Positions 31,597 through 41,493 of a stretch of DNA of 64,000 nt are shown here, in pieces (position 1 is the stretch's first letter; every line of letters begins with the position of its first letter). The notes below the pieces were generated by a model that was not told the origin of the DNA, searched no databases, and worked only from the letters and a program-made list of their open reading frames with translations. The position numbers and the translations under genes were made by a program. This stretch comes from Candidatus Latescibacterota bacterium (GTDB lineage Bacteria; Latescibacterota; UBA2968; UBA8231), in NCBI GenBank assembly GCA_965204725.1, contig OZ242005.1, positions 4,704,001 to 4,768,000 on the forward strand, read 5' to 3'.

Positions 31597-32532
31597 TCAT
31601 TCGATCAAGTAACTCACGTCGTACGAGGCGTGTTTGACCGCTTCAATTGTCGTTAGGTGCGGAGCGAGCTGCTGGACCTTGCCGTAGTATTGGACGGCTT
31701 CGGCCAAGCGCTCGGTCTTTTCGCAGATCACGCCGAGGTTGTGCAGGGCCGGAATGTGATCGCCGGCCAGCGCGATGACCTGTTTGAAGGCCGCTTCGGC
31801 CCCGGCGAGGTCGCCGCTGTCGAGGTGGGCGAGGCCCTTGGCGAAGAACATGCTCTCGTTGTCTTGCTCGTGCTCAACGGCCTTGGCCAGCACGGCGAGT
31901 GCCAACTCGGGCTGTTGGGCTTGCAGCCGCACGAGGCCGAGGCTGTAGTAAGCGCGAGCCAGTGCGCGGCGCGCCCCGCGATACTTGAAATCAACCTGCA
32001 ACAAGGTCTCTAGGTGTTCGATGGACTTTTTGAAGTCGCCGACCTTGTGATACGCCACGGCCATGTTGAAGCGGGCACCGACGTGATCGGGCTGGATCGC
32101 AATGACTTTTTCGAGGTATTCGAGGCCCTCGGCCTGACGCTCGGTGCGGCAGAGCAAGGTCCCTAACCCGGCCATCGCTTCGACCATCAGGGAATCCAGC
32201 CGCAGGGCTTCCTCGTAGTGGTGCTTGGCCTCGCGGTCGTATCCTTGGCCGTGGAGCATGACCGCGAGGTTGCAATGGGCCTCGGCGTAGTTGGGGTCGA
32301 GTTGCAATGCCTCGTTCAGCAGCCTTTTGGCCTCGTACTTTTGCCCGTCGTCAAAGTACGCGTTGGCGAGGAGGACGCGCAGTTGGGGGTTGTAGGGTTC
32401 GATGGTGACCTTGGCGTTGAGGTAGCGGATCTTCTCTTTGGCCCAGAGGTTGTACCCCCGCTTATCTTGGCGCTGGGCCGGCCCCTCGCTACCGAGCAAG
32501 GCCAGCAATAGCAACGCGAGTGCGGCTCTCAT
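31597..32532 (-). CDS. Secreted tetratricopeptide repeat protein
   Basis: Signal peptide and multiple TPR motifs (AEAHCNLA, ARFNMA, ALHNLG). Confidence 0.85.
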   Translation of the reverse strand: MRAALALLLLALLGSEGPAQRQDKRGYNLWAKEKIRYLNAKVTIEPYNPQLRVLLANAYFDDGQKYEAKRLLNEALQLDPNYAEAHCNLAVMLHGQGYDREAKHHYEEALRLDSLMVEAMAGLGTLLCRTERQAEGLEYLEKVIAIQPDHVGARFNMAVAYHKVGDFKKSIEHLETLLQVDFKYRGARRALARAYYSLGLVRLQAQQPELALAVLAKAVEHEQDNESMFFAKGLAHLDSGDLAGAEAAFKQVIALAGDHIPALHNLGVICEKTERLAEAVQYYGKVQQLAPHLTTIEAVKHASYDVSYLIE

Positions 32533-33818
32533 GGTTGGAACTTCTGAATCCGATCATTGAACGTATCGGCCACATAAATGAACCCCTCGGCGTCGCGGGC
32601 GATGCCACCGGCCACCACCTCGCGCTCGCCTTCTTCGCCCGTGGCCATATCGACGACGACTTGGATGCGGCCGGTGAAGCGGAACTGATCATCCCCTGCG
32701 CCCTCCTCGCCCCAGCGCGTCAGGTAGTGCCCCCGGTGGAACACCTCAATGCGACTGTGGCCGGCATTGACCACGAAAGCCCGATCGGCCGCTTCATCGA
32801 CGGCAAAGTCGGTGGGCCGCAGCAAAAGCCCGTTGCCGCGGTCTTGGTGCGATTTGGGATCGCGGCCGATGGCGCGGCTCGCCGAGGTGCGCTTGGGGTC
32901 GTCGTACACGACGAGCCGAGGGGCCTGCCAGTCCCCGGTGCGTAGGGCCAGCGGCTCGATCAGCGCGGCAAAGTGCCCTTGCCAAAGCCGCAGACTGGCT
33001 ACCAGCAGGGCCGGTATCGCATACTGGACTTGCTGCTCGCCGGCTGGGTCGAATAGCTGCAACTGGCTAATGCTCTCGATGTAGATGTCCTCGCCGTTGA
33101 TGACGATGTGGCGGGCGAACAGCCCGGCTAGTGGGCGCGTCCACAACAGCTTTCCATCCGGGGCAAATTTCGCCCAAAAGGCTTCTGGCTTCTGGTTCGG
33201 GCGGTGCAGGTTGTACACCACGTAGAGGTGACCGGCGGCGTCGAGGGCCAGCGCCGGCCCATCCAACGCACTCGTTTCCATACAGGCCAGCGGCTCATCG
33301 GTATAGACCCATGGGTCTAAGGCGCGGCCCGAGCGGTCGACGCGGTCGACGCGCCCCGCGCCCGCGCCGACGACAAAGACCGTGCCCTTGCGGCTGAGGG
33401 CCAGCCGCGTGGGGGCCGTGCCCTCGGCCAGTGCCCAGTTTGCGACGCGGCGGTGGAATCCACCCGTGGCCGTCGTGCTGACCAGCTCGTGTACGGTCTC
33501 ATCCTCGCCGAAGAAGCTGACGACCCGGTAGGTGTACTGGGTGTTGGCCAACAGGCCGGCGTCTGTAAAGGTGGTGTCGGCGGCGGATTCCACGCGGGCG
33601 ATGGCCGCGAACTCACCCCCGGCAGCGCGCTGGATTTCACCGTAGAGAAAGCCCGCTGAAAACCCTCGACGCCAAGTTAGCTGCGCGGTGGCCGTCTCGC
33701 TGGAAAAGGTGGCTTTGAGCACGGGGGGGGCCGCAAGCCAAGGCGGAACCTTCTTGCTGGCGAAGGGGCCGACGCAGGCGACGAGTGCGGTGGCGAGGCA
33801 AAAGACGAGTCGATTCAT
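32529..33818 (-). CDS. Lipoprotein with FN3 and NHL-repeat domains
   Basis: Lipobox LVAC; FTDAGLLANTQYTYRV (FN3); IYVADTFNDRIQKF (NHL). Confidence 0.75.
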   Translation of the reverse strand: MNRLVFCLATALVACVGPFASKKVPPWLAAPPVLKATFSSETATAQLTWRRGFSAGFLYGEIQRAAGGEFAAIARVESAADTTFTDAGLLANTQYTYRVVSFFGEDETVHELVSTTATGGFHRRVANWALAEGTAPTRLALSRKGTVFVVGAGAGRVDRVDRSGRALDPWVYTDEPLACMETSALDGPALALDAAGHLYVVYNLHRPNQKPEAFWAKFAPDGKLLWTRPLAGLFARHIVINGEDIYIESISQLQLFDPAGEQQVQYAIPALLVASLRLWQGHFAALIEPLALRTGDWQAPRLVVYDDPKRTSASRAIGRDPKSHQDRGNGLLLRPTDFAVDEAADRAFVVNAGHSRIEVFHRGHYLTRWGEEGAGDDQFRFTGRIQVVVDMATGEEGEREVVAGGIARDAEGFIYVADTFNDRIQKFQP

Positions 33819-33867
33819 AGCGCAAAAGAGATAGGCCCGCCCTCCCGCAATGTCAAGGAATGTGGAA

Positions 33868-36033
33868 TTACCCCAGAATGAAAACGGTGTTGCCGATCTT
33901 GCCGCTAAAGTAGTCGATGACCAGCCACAGCCCGTTGCACAGGGCCTCGCCCATGATCAGGCCCATAAAGAAATGCTGGCTCGCCCGATAGTGCGCCGCC
34001 CCGCCAAAACGCAAAATGAGCTTCTTGAGCACCCAAGCTAAGAGCACGCAAGACCAGATTTTGTCGAGCATGAAGTTCGCGCCAACTGGGAAGCCGATTG
34101 GATGGAAGGGCCACCACAAAAGGTGCTGCCGTGCCCAAGTCAGCAGGACCATGACCACGGCTCCACCAGCGAAGAATGCCAATCCCAACCCGTCGGCCCC
34201 GGCTGGCTCTAGGGTGCGCTGGGCGGCGTTGTAGATGGTCGCTGGGCCGCCGTGAAAACGCCAGCTATCGAGGTTGATGCCCCCGTACTTGTAGGCGAGG
34301 TAGAAGACCATCCAGCCGGAGCCGGCCGCGCCGATAAAGACGGCCGCGACCACCGCCCAGAACACGACTCGCCGACTGCGGCGGTCCATGTTTTGGATCA
34401 GCTTCAATCCATTGGCGACCATGGCCAGCAGGAAGATGCGGATGTCGGCCGACCAGATATAGGATAGGGAGAGGTTGAAGACGCCAGCCGCCCCGATCGT
34501 CTGCGAGCCGATGCCCTGCACGATGAGGTCTGGAGCGATCATGGGCGAGCGCACGGCCGCTAACCCCGCTTCGCACACGACCCGTGCGATGCCGATAAAC
34601 ACCAACAGGGCCACCGCCGCAAAGAGCGCGCCGACCCAGAGCGGGGTCCCCATCAGCCACAGCCAACCGGCGATGCCCCCGGTGCCGAAGAACACTCCGA
34701 GCACGGCCGTGCGATAGGACGCGATTTCGTCGCCGTCGTCTATATCTACATGGCGGCTGAGCGCCTTGCGCCATACGTCCCGCAAGTGGCCGCGCCCAGC
34801 CCACAGCCCCAAGACCACCATGGCGATGAGGGCGCCGCCGCCCTGATAGGCCAAGAGCGGCTCGTGCGCGACCCCATAGACAAATTTGCTAGTGGATTTG
34901 AGGCCGGATAGGGCGAGGAACTCGGCTTCGACCTTGGACAGCAGATAGAAAATCCATATCCCGGCCGCTATTTGGGTACTAATGAGATAGGAAAAGCCAA
35001 CGAGCGCGAAACTGATCCAGATTTGCAGGCTCTGCTGGCCGATAAACGACGGCACCGACCAAATCAGGCCGAAGCTGGGCAAGGACGGGTAGTATTGGTG
35101 CAGGGCCTTGAGGCTGCCATAGGCGAGCGGCACGGCCGCGCCCCACCACAAGACCCCGCGTTTGAGAAAGCCGTTGACCAGCCCGGTGCCGCGCTCGCCT
35201 TGCACGATGGCCACCCCGAGTTGAGTCAGCGGATAAGCCAGCCGCTCGTGCTCGACCCACTGCCGGCGCAAAATCACGGCCGTCGATACCATGGCCACGT
35301 ACAGCGAGAGGAGCAGCAAGGCCCACCAGCCCAGCGGCTCGACCCAAGCGGCGTAGGGAATGTCGGCGGCCGCACTGCCCTCGTAAAAGCCGTGGTTGCC
35401 CGCCCCATCATCAACGAGGATGCGCTTTGCCGGAAAGAGCGGAAAGAGCTTTTCGGCCCATTGGTTGGCTGGGGAGGCGTAGTAGAAAATGCCGGTGAGG
35501 GCCGGCAAAAGTTGCTGGGTTAGCCCCATGGTGCAAAGGGCGGAGACGACCAGCAACATCACGTACACCAGCACGAGCTCGGCGCGGTTGAGCGCGAGGG
35601 TCCCGCCGCGCTGTACCACCGGCACGTTCCACACCGCCGACAGGACGAGGAAAGCCCCAAACCAAAAACCGGGCGAGTACCAATCGACCGCACCCCGGCT
35701 GATCCAATAGCTGCAAAAGCCGCTGGTGGTCAGCAGGGCTAGCCCCACCGCTAGGCGGAAGTCGCGGGCCGTGAGCTTAAAGAGCGTATTGAGCAAGCCG
35801 ACCAGCACCAAAAACAGAAAGATGGCCCCCGGAGTATTGAAGTCGAAGGCCATGTTGGTCGCTCGCATCGCCATGTTGGCATAGGGCGCACCAATGGACA
35901 GGAAGAAGCTGAGGAACGAACCGACCCAAAAGCCGCGCAGCGTCAGATGAGAGCGGCCGGCGGCATCGGTGAGTTCGGCGTCTTGGCCGCCCGCGAGATG
36001 TCGGCCATAAGGGGCGGGGAGCGATCTATTCAC
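33868..36033 (-). CDS. DUF6785/DUF6784 polytopic membrane protein (OPT-like putative transporter)
   Basis: RRQWVEHERLAYPL, WWPFHPIG and many TM segments; GTGA overlap with the upstream stop. Confidence 0.8.
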   Translation of the reverse strand: MNRSLPAPYGRHLAGGQDAELTDAAGRSHLTLRGFWVGSFLSFFLSIGAPYANMAMRATNMAFDFNTPGAIFLFLVLVGLLNTLFKLTARDFRLAVGLALLTTSGFCSYWISRGAVDWYSPGFWFGAFLVLSAVWNVPVVQRGGTLALNRAELVLVYVMLLVVSALCTMGLTQQLLPALTGIFYYASPANQWAEKLFPLFPAKRILVDDGAGNHGFYEGSAAADIPYAAWVEPLGWWALLLLSLYVAMVSTAVILRRQWVEHERLAYPLTQLGVAIVQGERGTGLVNGFLKRGVLWWGAAVPLAYGSLKALHQYYPSLPSFGLIWSVPSFIGQQSLQIWISFALVGFSYLISTQIAAGIWIFYLLSKVEAEFLALSGLKSTSKFVYGVAHEPLLAYQGGGALIAMVVLGLWAGRGHLRDVWRKALSRHVDIDDGDEIASYRTAVLGVFFGTGGIAGWLWLMGTPLWVGALFAAVALLVFIGIARVVCEAGLAAVRSPMIAPDLIVQGIGSQTIGAAGVFNLSLSYIWSADIRIFLLAMVANGLKLIQNMDRRSRRVVFWAVVAAVFIGAAGSGWMVFYLAYKYGGINLDSWRFHGGPATIYNAAQRTLEPAGADGLGLAFFAGGAVVMVLLTWARQHLLWWPFHPIGFPVGANFMLDKIWSCVLLAWVLKKLILRFGGAAHYRASQHFFMGLIMGEALCNGLWLVIDYFSGKIGNTVFILG

Positions 36034-38672
36034 CGCACAGTTTGGGGCTTGACTGCGCAGGTGGGGCAGACGTGCCGCAGGTGTTCGCGCCGCACCTGCC
36101 ACAGGTCGAGGGCCTTCACTAATTCGCATTCGGCCTGCCCGACCTTGCCCCGCCGCTGCAACTTTCTCCGGTCCAGTGTTGAGTCCAGCTTGTGGGTTGG
36201 GACCGGGCAGGGGCCGTTGCGAAAGGCCAGCCCCAAGACCTCGCTGGCGGTCCCGTCCTCGCGCACGATCCGGTCCTTGAGGGCAAAGGACTCAATGCAG
36301 CCGCAGGGCACGGACAATTCGGCTACGTGGTAGGCCGTGCTGGTATCGTGGGTAGTGCCCAGCGCGAGGATGTAGCCACCGCCGTGGACCAATTGGCCGA
36401 TTGGACTGTCTGGGGCCCAGATGCCCGCTTCGAGGTGCCTGTGGCAATAGTCGCTGGCCCGCGGCCCAATCGCCGCCACCGCGTGGGTGGGATGCATGCT
36501 GCGCACGGCCTCGGGCCGCCGCCACAGCGCGTCTGGAATCGCGCCATTGGTGGTAGGCGTAGTCAATGGGTTAAAGACCGTTGCCGCGCGGTGATTGAAC
36601 GAAGGCGCCAGCAGGGTCCCCCGCTTACCGACCGCCTGCAAGAGCGCATCGACGACGGTCTCGGCCCCGCCCTCGACAAAGCCAATGGCCGATAGCGAGC
36701 TGTGTACCATCAAGTCCATGCCCGGGGTGACGCCCAAGCGGCGCAAGTCTCTGACCAGTTCCTGGCGGCCGATCATATTGGCCGGATCAATCAGCTCGGC
36801 ATAGCCCAATTCGGCGTGTGCGGCAAAGTACTCGTACACCCGATCGACGGCGACCGGACCATCCGTCCGCGGCCCGGCCTGATAGTCGGCTTCTTCGCAG
36901 GCGATGCACTCGGCGATTTCACCCACATTCCGGCGTCCATCCGCCCAAAACAAGGCCCACGGCGCAAGCTGGGTGGCCGCAATGCGCGCGTTGATCGCGG
37001 CGGGCGCGTTTTCGGCTGTCGGCGAGAGCACGGCCGTGCGCCGTGGCACCAGCCGGGCTTGGGCCGTGCGCCGCGCTCGCTTGCCCGGTCTCGCGGCCGC
37101 GGCGGCCGCGGCTGACACGTGCCGCTCGCCAGCGTCCATGGCCGCCAAGACTTCGCGCCGATGGCCTCCCCAGAGCCAGCGCGTGAGCCGCCGTACACTG
37201 CGGCTGTGCGCCTCGCGCACGTATTCGGCCTCGGCTCGGGGCCGTTCTTTCTTTTTTAATACGGAAAGAAAGTGCTGCGTTTCGGTGCGGACCAGTTCCT
37301 CTACCTCGCGGCTGCCCATGTCGGCCAAGTAGTACAGATAGGCCGCCATTGAGGCCGCGCAGGTCTCCAGTCCCCGCGGGCTGAGCAGTGCTTCCACGTC
37401 GGCCGAGGAGTGGTAAGCGTCGAAGCCGCGCCCGCTCTGGCGGTGATGCGTGGTGATCCAAGGGCAGGGAAATCCATACTGAGGGTCGCCGATCAAGGTG
37501 TCAGACGTCGACATGAATCGCTCTAGATGCACTCGATAGCCCGGCTTGTGTTGCCGCACCCCGGCCCGCAAGATCGCTGCGCCCACCCGGTCGACGAAAC
37601 CAGCCGACATGGGGATCGTCGCGTGCCACTCCAAGCGGCCATTGCAGACAGCGGGCTGGGAGCCAACTGTGTCGATACACGCGCCGGCCAAGGGAGTCTG
37701 CAAGCGCCGCACCCGCTCTAGATAGGCAAAGAACCCGTAGCACTCATAGGCGTTGACTAGGCGAATGGTGCGCTTGGGGCGCGCGAGTTTTCCCGCCGCA
37801 ATAAGCCCTTCGATCACGCGGGCGATCTCCAAGGTGATGGCCACGCCCGAAGCGTTGTCTATGGCCCCCGGCTCGGCACTGTGCGCGATGGCCCACACTT
37901 CGTCCTGTGGGTCGTCTGCTCCCTCGATGAGTCCGCAGACCACGTCGTGGCTGCCGACGTATTTGCGGATGTCGGCTCTTACGTGCAGGGTGAGGGGACC
38001 GTGCTGCTGCGCTAGCTGCCGCAGCCGCGCCCCCTGCTGCTCCGAGATCGCAAAGCCCACCAACCGCGCCGCCGCATGTTCTAGGGGAATCGCGCCCCAC
38101 CCGAATTTGGTCCACGCCACTGCGCTGGGCAGGTTGGGCACTGGCCGGTCGGTGATGACTGCGGCGGCCCCTTTTGCGGCCAAAAGCCCTAAGTGGGCGC
38201 GTGGATCGAGCTTGGTGAGCACAATCGCACCCGTGAGTCCGTCGATTGGCTGGCGTTGGATGTCTTCTACTTGGTCGAGAATCACCAGCCGCAGCCGCAA
38301 GCCGCAGGCCGGGGTCGCCGCGCTCCACTGGATGACGTGCCAAGGATTCTCCTGCCAATCCAGCACTCGCTCGGCGAGCGGATGCACTACATCCACGGTC
38401 GCGCCCGCGACATCGGCGGCCTCGCGGATGATCCACCGGCCCGACCCAAGACGCCCGCCGGTCTGGATGGACTCGACCTCCACGCGGACGCCAGCGGCCT
38501 CGTAGCGGTTCGTTAGCGTGGCCGTTGTTTCGCCGAAGCGATCAAACGAATTCCACCGATCGGTCTGCACCACGTCTCGCACGGCCGCCATGATCTTCTG
38601 CCCACTCGCCTGTTGCAACATCAGCGGCAGGGTTTGGCGACAGAGCTGCTGCAATGATTTTGGGCTAGGCAT
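36030..38672 (-). CDS. Fusion of an M28/DUF4910-like peptidase with an AAC(3)-family N-acetyltransferase
   Basis: N-part: AHSAEPGAIDNASG, STSD, YHSSAD. C-part: LMVHSSLSAIG, RSMHPTHAVAAIG, STAYHVAE. Confidence 0.8.
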   Translation of the reverse strand: MPSPKSLQQLCRQTLPLMLQQASGQKIMAAVRDVVQTDRWNSFDRFGETTATLTNRYEAAGVRVEVESIQTGGRLGSGRWIIREAADVAGATVDVVHPLAERVLDWQENPWHVIQWSAATPACGLRLRLVILDQVEDIQRQPIDGLTGAIVLTKLDPRAHLGLLAAKGAAAVITDRPVPNLPSAVAWTKFGWGAIPLEHAAARLVGFAISEQQGARLRQLAQQHGPLTLHVRADIRKYVGSHDVVCGLIEGADDPQDEVWAIAHSAEPGAIDNASGVAITLEIARVIEGLIAAGKLARPKRTIRLVNAYECYGFFAYLERVRRLQTPLAGACIDTVGSQPAVCNGRLEWHATIPMSAGFVDRVGAAILRAGVRQHKPGYRVHLERFMSTSDTLIGDPQYGFPCPWITTHHRQSGRGFDAYHSSADVEALLSPRGLETCAASMAAYLYYLADMGSREVEELVRTETQHFLSVLKKKERPRAEAEYVREAHSRSVRRLTRWLWGGHRREVLAAMDAGERHVSAAAAAAARPGKRARRTAQARLVPRRTAVLSPTAENAPAAINARIAATQLAPWALFWADGRRNVGEIAECIACEEADYQAGPRTDGPVAVDRVYEYFAAHAELGYAELIDPANMIGRQELVRDLRRLGVTPGMDLMVHSSLSAIGFVEGGAETVVDALLQAVGKRGTLLAPSFNHRAATVFNPLTTPTTNGAIPDALWRRPEAVRSMHPTHAVAAIGPRASDYCHRHLEAGIWAPDSPIGQLVHGGGYILALGTTHDTSTAYHVAELSVPCGCIESFALKDRIVREDGTASEVLGLAFRNGPCPVPTHKLDSTLDRRKLQRRGKVGQAECELVKALDLWQVRREHLRHVCPTCAVKPQTVR

Positions 38673-38922
38673 GATTTCCTCCGGTTCGGTTGGGTATGTC
38701 CCCTATTCATGGCGGCTAGGCGGCTATATTGTAACAAGAATTTCGCGGTTGGGAAAATTTTACTTGATTACACCGCTTTGAACTTGACTGAGGGCGAACC
38801 GTCAGATACTTTGCTCGTCACAGGCTCTTTGGAAAGAGAGGTGCGTGTTTCTTGCCGGAAATCGCGAGCCAACCTAACTGGAGGGCCTGACTCATTTCAA
38901 GGCCCATTCGGCTTGTCCTTTT

Positions 38923-38949
38923 CTGGATTCCCGCTTTCGCGGGAATGAC
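38923..38949. repeat. REP-like palindrome (GTCATTCCCGCGAAAGCGGGAATCCAG family)
   Basis: Reverse complement of the cores at 40865-40891 and 62250-62276. Confidence 0.85.
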
Positions 38950-39061
38950 GCCTCGCGTCGTCAGGCAAGACGAGCCAAAAGCAACATGAGTGTTAGAACG
39001 CTTCTAACGGCTCTTCCACGCAGCAACGCCGTTGTCATCCACATTAAGGAATAGTTCCCAA

Positions 39062-39916
39062 ATGACGTACGACCCCGATTCGGTGCGACAGTACTTTGAT
39101 GAGTTTTCCGAGCGCGAATGGGATCGGCTCTCTAATTCTATACAAGGAAGAATCAAGTACAGAATTCATCGCCAATTCCTCGAGAAATTCGTCCGCCCTG
39201 AGATGCATGTACTGGATGCTGGATGTGGTCCGGGTCGGTTCGCGATCGATCTAATTAAACTGGGTGCTAATGTTACTCTTGTTGACTTGTCCAATGTACA
39301 ACTTGAGCTTGCTCGAAGCCACTTGAGCAAAGCCAACTTGCTACAGAGGGCCACAGCGATTCAGCAAGGAGATATCACACGCCTTGATACCATCGACGAT
39401 TCGACATTTGATGTTACCGTTTGCTACGGTTCCACAATATCATATACCTGCCAAGAATTTCCTCGGGCACTTGAGGAACTGATGCGCGTAACGCGGCCCG
39501 ACGGACACATAATTGCGAGCGTAACTTCACTGTTTGGCACTCTGCGGCTTGTGGGGCCTCTTGACGCTCGCGACTTCATCCGCTCGGCTGACTGTCACCT
39601 AGACTGGAAAGCCGTATTGTCGGGAGAACAAATCGCGTACACCAAGTCGGGATCTCCTGAGTTTCACCAACCGATGGTCCTATTCACGTCCGCCGGTTTT
39701 CTCTCAGTACTTGAGGACGCTGGCCTGACGGTTATAGAAATGGCCAGTTCTAATCCAATCGTACCATCTTTTACTTCTGTTTCATCAATTGCAGAAAGCG
39801 CGAGCGCCTCAGCAGAACTTGAGCGTTTGGAACTTGCCACCTGCAAGGCCCCAGGGCTGTTGGATGCTGGTGAACATTTGATCGCTGTTGCCAAGAAGAC
39901 CAGCGTTGGAAGCTAG
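39062..39916 (+). CDS. Class I SAM-dependent methyltransferase (lower GC)
   Basis: VLDAGCGPGRF, LVDLS, QGDI and FDVTVCYG. Confidence 0.88.
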   Translation: MTYDPDSVRQYFDEFSEREWDRLSNSIQGRIKYRIHRQFLEKFVRPEMHVLDAGCGPGRFAIDLIKLGANVTLVDLSNVQLELARSHLSKANLLQRATAIQQGDITRLDTIDDSTFDVTVCYGSTISYTCQEFPRALEELMRVTRPDGHIIASVTSLFGTLRLVGPLDARDFIRSADCHLDWKAVLSGEQIAYTKSGSPEFHQPMVLFTSAGFLSVLEDAGLTVIEMASSNPIVPSFTSVSSIAESASASAELERLELATCKAPGLLDAGEHLIAVAKKTSVGS

Positions 39917-40056
39917 TAGCAGCCGCTGGCGTCTAGGGGGCGGGAATCCAGTCTTGAAGGATGTAGGATTGCTATAACAAGGCGTGGTAACAGCCGCATC
40001 TGCTTGCAGCAGGTGGGGACCGAGCGGCCCCCGGCTTAGGGTGCTTTTGTAGGCGG

Positions 40057-40617
40057 TCAACGCGCCCCAAAAATCTCGTTCAGATCAACGGCGAAGCCTT
40101 CAAGCGTCGGCGAGGTCAGCGTCTGTCCTTCGCCGTACAGGCCCACCACCTCGAAAGCACCCCCATCCAGCCGCAGCACCGTCACTGTCCGGGCATCTGG
40201 ATCGACCAGCCAGTATTCCCGCACCCCGTGTTTCGCATACAGGGCGCGTTTGAGCGTCCGGTCTCGCCCAGCCGTGGAAGGCGAGAGGATTTCTACGACC
40301 AAGTCCGGTGCGCCGAGGACATTCGTGCCGCCGAGCAACAGGTGCGCTCGCTCGTGGGAGACGAACAGTAGGTCTGGCTGAACTACGTCTGTATTCGACA
40401 ATACTACGTCGCAGGGGGCGAAAAAGACCTCGCCTAGCCCCCTCTCCGTCACGAATTGAGCGAGTCTCCATCCCAATTGGGTGCCAATTCGCTGATGTCC
40501 TACGTTGGGCGCGGGGGCCATGATCAATTCTCCGTCCAATAACTCGTAGCGTTGGTCATCCGGGGTGTGCTGATAGTCCTCATAGGTGAACTTGACAGCC
40601 GGCGTGGGACTGAGCAT
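40057..40617 (-). CDS. Uma2 family endonuclease (DUF820)
   Basis: RYELLDG, VQPD, PDLVVEILSPST and GVREYWLVDP. Confidence 0.92.
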   Translation of the reverse strand: MLSPTPAVKFTYEDYQHTPDDQRYELLDGELIMAPAPNVGHQRIGTQLGWRLAQFVTERGLGEVFFAPCDVVLSNTDVVQPDLLFVSHERAHLLLGGTNVLGAPDLVVEILSPSTAGRDRTLKRALYAKHGVREYWLVDPDARTVTVLRLDGGAFEVVGLYGEGQTLTSPTLEGFAVDLNEIFGAR

Positions 40618-40807
40618 GGCAACCCTCCTCTCTTGTTGTTTGATTGCGCGACATGCGAATTTCCTTTCAGCGAAAAATATACAAAAATAAAATCCCTCGA
40701 CCTAAATACGCGACACCTATTTTGCGTATGCCTTTTCTGCTGTTTCCGCTACGTCCGGGATCGAGGGCGTCCCGCCCTCGACGAGGGCAAGATGCCCTCG
40801 ATCCTTA

Positions 40808-40942
40808 GAGGCTGTCTGAAAACCCACCTTGGGTCCTGTTGAACACGCCGTAGAGACAGGATCCGTCATTCCCGCGAAAGCGGGAATCCAGCCGGGATCG
40901 TTGAGACGCAAAGGACGACCACCAGAGTTTTCAGACAGCTTC
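40808..40942. mobile_element. 135-bp MITE (copy 1) with 16-bp TIRs and TTA target duplication
   Basis: TTA|GAGGCTGTCTGAAAAC ... GTTTTCAGACAGCTTC|TTA (15/16 TIR match); carries an internal REP palindrome. Confidence 0.8.
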
Positions 40943-41056
40943 TTAGAAAGTTGGAGGCTAGTGTCGTGTAGTGAGCCCTCAACACAGATTCGCCCCGCTC
41001 TCCCCTTCAACGGCCCTCTATTGCCCGCACAAGACTCGTCGCGCACCGCTTGCAAC

Positions 41057-41100
41057 AAAAAACGGGGAGCTAGCGGACGAAACCGTCCACCAACTCCCCG
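41057..41100 (-). terminator. Intrinsic terminator downstream of the small HTH-like gene
   Basis: CGGGGAG...CTCCCCG stem followed by T6 on the minus strand. Confidence 0.65.
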
Positions 41101-41127
41101 CTGGCCGAGCGCGGTATGCGATGCCTA

Positions 41128-41382
41128 TTAGTTGAGGTTGAGGACCTCCTCTAGCGCATCGATCTCTTGCAGGTCTAGGTCGACGTCTAAGAGATCGGCT
41201 TCGCGGTGGCGGTAGAACTCCTCGCGCCGCCGGCGCTTGCGCGCATAGGGGGTCTCGATGTTGTAGAGCCGGCAGAGCCGGCTGAAACTGCCCGGGGCAA
41301 TGCCCAGCGCACGGCTAGCTTCTTGGTTGCTCGCGTAGATGCGGGCCGCGCGCTTGATGCGTTCTGGCTCGATTTTGCGCAT
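41128..41382 (-). CDS. Small basic HTH-like hypothetical protein
   Basis: SNQEASRALGIAPGSFSRLCRLYNI resembles an HTH; GGAGA RBS; Arg-rich segment then an acidic tail. Confidence 0.65.
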   Translation of the reverse strand: MRKIEPERIKRAARIYASNQEASRALGIAPGSFSRLCRLYNIETPYARKRRRREEFYRHREADLLDVDLDLQEIDALEEVLNLN

Positions 41383-41435
41383 GAGTTGCTTCTCTCCAGA
41401 TCTTCAATTGGTGCGAAGTTCGACGAAATTCAACG

Positions 41436-41493
41436 AAAAAAAGCCGCAGCATTTTCGCGCCACGGCCATCAAAAAAGCCGCTGGAAAGCGGCT
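41436..41493 (-). terminator. Two tandem intrinsic terminators upstream of the small HTH-like gene
   Basis: Minus strand AGCCGC-TTTCCA-GCGGCT-TTTTT, then GCCGTGGC-GCGAAAAT-GCTGCGGC-T7. Confidence 0.65.

Noticed and set aside
40717-41131. ORFs containing VIPAKAGIQ/WIPAFAGMT (also 61973-62296)
   Set aside because: These are translations of the REP/MITE repeats, not proteins.
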